Below, piece by piece: positions 61,594 through 64,000 of a stretch of DNA of 64,000 nt. Under the pieces are notes generated by a model. It saw only the letters and a program-made list of their open reading frames with translations. It had not been told where the DNA came from and searched no databases. Numbering within the stretch: the first letter of the stretch is position 1; each line of letters starts with the position of its first letter. A program made the position numbers and the translations under genes. The stretch comes from Escherichia coli (GTDB lineage: Bacteria > Pseudomonadota > Gammaproteobacteria > Enterobacterales > Enterobacteriaceae). The stretch lies in assembly GCF_003019035.1 (NCBI RefSeq), contig NZ_CP027447.1; one strand, 5' to 3'.

Positions 61594-62382
61594 GTGATTG
61601 ATAAATCCGCCTTTGTGCATCCAACCGCCATTGTGGAAGAGGGCGCGTCGATTGGCGCGAACGCTCACATTGGTCCTTTTTGTATCGTTGGACCCCATGT
61701 CGAAATTGGTGAGGGTACCGTACTGAAATCTCACGTTGTCGTGAATGGTCATACTAAAATTGGCCGCGATAATGAGATTTATCAGTTCGCCTCCATCGGC
61801 GAAGTTAACCAGGATCTGAAATATGCTGGCGAACCGACCCGCGTGGAAATCGGCGATCGTAACCGCATTCGCGAAAGCGTCACCATTCATCGTGGCACAG
61901 TCCAGGGCGGTGGATTGACGAAGGTGGGCAGCGACAACTTACTGATGATCAATGCGCACATTGCGCACGATTGTACGGTAGGTAACCGCTGCATCCTCGC
62001 CAACAACGCAACGCTGGCGGGTCACGTATCGGTTGACGACTTCGCGATCATCGGCGGCATGACCGCAGTCCATCAGTTCTGCATCATTGGTGCGCATGTG
62101 ATGGTTGGCGGCTGCTCCGGTGTGGCGCAGGACGTCCCTCCTTATGTCATTGCGCAGGGTAACCACGCAACGCCGTTCGGTGTCAATATCGAAGGGCTGA
62201 AGCGCCGCGGATTCAGCCGTGAGGCGATTACCGCTATCCGCAATGCGTATAAGCTGATTTATCGTAGCGGTAAAACGCTCGATGAAGTGAAACCGGAAAT
62301 TGCTGAACTGGCGGAAACATATCCGGAAGTGAAAGCCTTTACCGATTTCTTTGCACGCTCAACGCGCGGTCTGATTCGTTAA
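61594..62382 (+). CDS. lpxA: UDP-N-acetylglucosamine O-acyltransferase
   Basis: 262-aa ORF (GTG start) [50 protein letters not shown]... Confidence 0.97.
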
Positions 62383-63530
62383 TGACTGAACAGCGTCCAT
62401 TAACGATTGCCCTGGTCGCCGGAGAAACCTCCGGCGATATCCTGGGGGCCGGTTTAATCCGCGCTCTGAAAGAACGTGTGCCCAACGCCCGCTTTGTTGG
62501 TGTTGCCGGGCCACGAATGCAGGCTGAAGGCTGCGAAGCCTGGTACGAAATGGAAGAACTGGCGGTGATGGGCATTGTTGAAGTGCTCGGTCGTCTGCGT
62601 CGCTTACTACATATTCGTGCCGATCTGACAAAGCGTTTTGGCGAACTGAAGCCAGATGTTTTTGTTGGTATTGATGCGCCTGACTTCAATATTACTCTTG
62701 AAGGTAACCTCAAAAAGCAGGGTATCAAAACCATTCATTACGTCAGTCCGTCCGTCTGGGCGTGGCGACAGAAACGCGTTTTCAAAATAGGCAGAGCCAC
62801 CGATCTGGTGCTCGCATTTCTGCCTTTCGAAAAGGCGTTTTATGACAAATACAACGTACCGTGCCGCTTTATCGGTCATACCATGGCTGATGCCATGCCA
62901 TTAGATCCAGATAAAAATGGTGCCCGTGATGTGCTGGGTATCCCTTACGATGCCCACTGTCTGGCATTGTTGCCGGGCAGCCGTGGTGCAGAAGTCGAAA
63001 TGCTTAGTGCCGATTTCCTGAAAACGGCCCAGCTTTTGCGTCAGACATATCCCGATCTCGAGATCGTGGTGCCGCTGGTGAATGCCAAACGCCGCGAGCA
63101 GTTTGAGCGTATCAAAGCTGAAGTCGCACCGGACCTTGCTGTTCATCTGCTGGATGGAATGGGCCGTGAGGCGATGGTCGCCAGTGATGCGGCGCTACTG
63201 GCGTCGGGTACGGCAGCCCTGGAGTGCATGCTGGCGAAATGCCCGATGGTGGTGGGATATCGCATGAAGCCTTTTACCTTCTGGCTGGCGAAGCGGCTGG
63301 TGAAAACCGAGTATGTCTCGCTGCCAAATTTGCTGGCGGGCAGAGAGTTAGTCAAAGAGTTATTGCAGGAAGAGTGTGAGCCGCAAAAACTGGCTGCGGC
63401 GCTGTTACCGCTGTTGGCGAACGGGAAAACCAGTCACGCGATGCACGATACCTTCCGTGAACTGCATCAGCAGATCCGCTGCAATGCCGATGAGCAGGCG
63501 GCACAAGCCGTTCTGGAGTTAGCACAATGA
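62382..63530 (+). CDS. lpxB: lipid-A-disaccharide synthase
   Basis: 382-aa [53 protein letters not shown]...; ATG overlaps lpxA stop by 1 nt. Confidence 0.97.
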
Positions 63531-64000
63531 TCGAATTTGTTTATCCACACACGCAGCTGGTTGCGGGTGTGGATGAAGTTGGACGCGGGCCGTTGGTTGG
63601 CGCGGTGGTTACCGCTGCTGTAATCCTTGACCCGGCGCGCCCAATTGCCGGGCTGAATGATTCCAAAAAGCTGAGCGAAAAACGCCGTCTGGCGCTCTGT
63701 GAAGAGATCAAAGAGAAAGCGTTGAGCTGGAGTCTGGGCCGCGCGGAACCCCACGAAATCGACGAACTGAATATTTTACACGCGACCATGCTGGCGATGC
63801 AGCGTGCCGTCGCTGGGCTGCATATTGCGCCGGAATATGTGTTGATTGATGGTAACCGCTGCCCGAAATTACCGATGCCTTCGATGGCAGTGGTGAAAGG
63901 CGATAGCCGCGTACCGGAAATCAGTGCCGCGTCTATCCTGGCGAAAGTGACGCGTGACGCCGAAATGGCGGCGCTGGATATTGTTTTCCCGCAATATGGT
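63527..64000 (+). CDS. rnhB: ribonuclease HII (partial; 3' end beyond window)
   Basis: ATG at 63527 overlaps lpxB stop (ATGA); translation [54 protein letters not shown]... (DEVGRG catalytic motif); frame open to window end. Confidence 0.93.

Overview
This 64-kb window is a contiguous, gene-dense stretch of an Escherichia coli-type chromosome, colinear with the K-12 map at about 3.0 to 4.4 min. Gene order is gcd (5' part only) - hpt - can - yadG - yadH - yadI - yadE - panD - rpnC(yadD) - panC - panB - yadC-yadK-yadL-yadM-htrE-yadV-yadN (chaperone-usher fimbrial operon) - folK - pcnB - gluQ - dksA - sfsA - thpR - hrpB - mrcB - fhuACDB - hemL - clcA - erpA - yadS - btuF - mtn - dgt - degP - cdaR - yaeH - yaeI - dapD - glnD - map - rpsB - tsf - pyrH - frr - dxr - uppS - cdsA - rseP - bamA - skp - lpxD - fabZ - lpxA - lpxB - rnhB (5' part only). 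I call 61 known protein genes plus two candidate small ORFs at the rpnC locus, and about 15 terminators or regulatory sites. I found no rRNA, tRNA, CRISPR array, IS element or prophage. Gene identities come from reading the translated ORF track against remembered E. coli proteins and motifs; no database search was run. Most of the window is ordinary core genome. The one candidate for an under-described system is the rpnC locus: a PD-(D/E)XK-type Rpn nuclease gene carries a strong internal ribosome-binding site and in-frame start for its C-terminal tail, and is followed by a free-standing 77-codon ORF that is a diverged duplicate of that same tail. Both copies carry different 12-bp periodic repeat arrays. 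This looks like a toxin/antitoxin-like Rpn/RpnS module with an extra stand-alone antitoxin-like copy. Secondary observations: an apparently mosaic folK 3' end, the AUU start of pcnB, a terminator overlapping the annotated gluQ start, an orphan PTS EIIA gene beside an ABC-2 exporter, and intergenic spacers that appear shorter than in K-12. Comparisons with K-12 lengths and coordinates are from memory and need checking.
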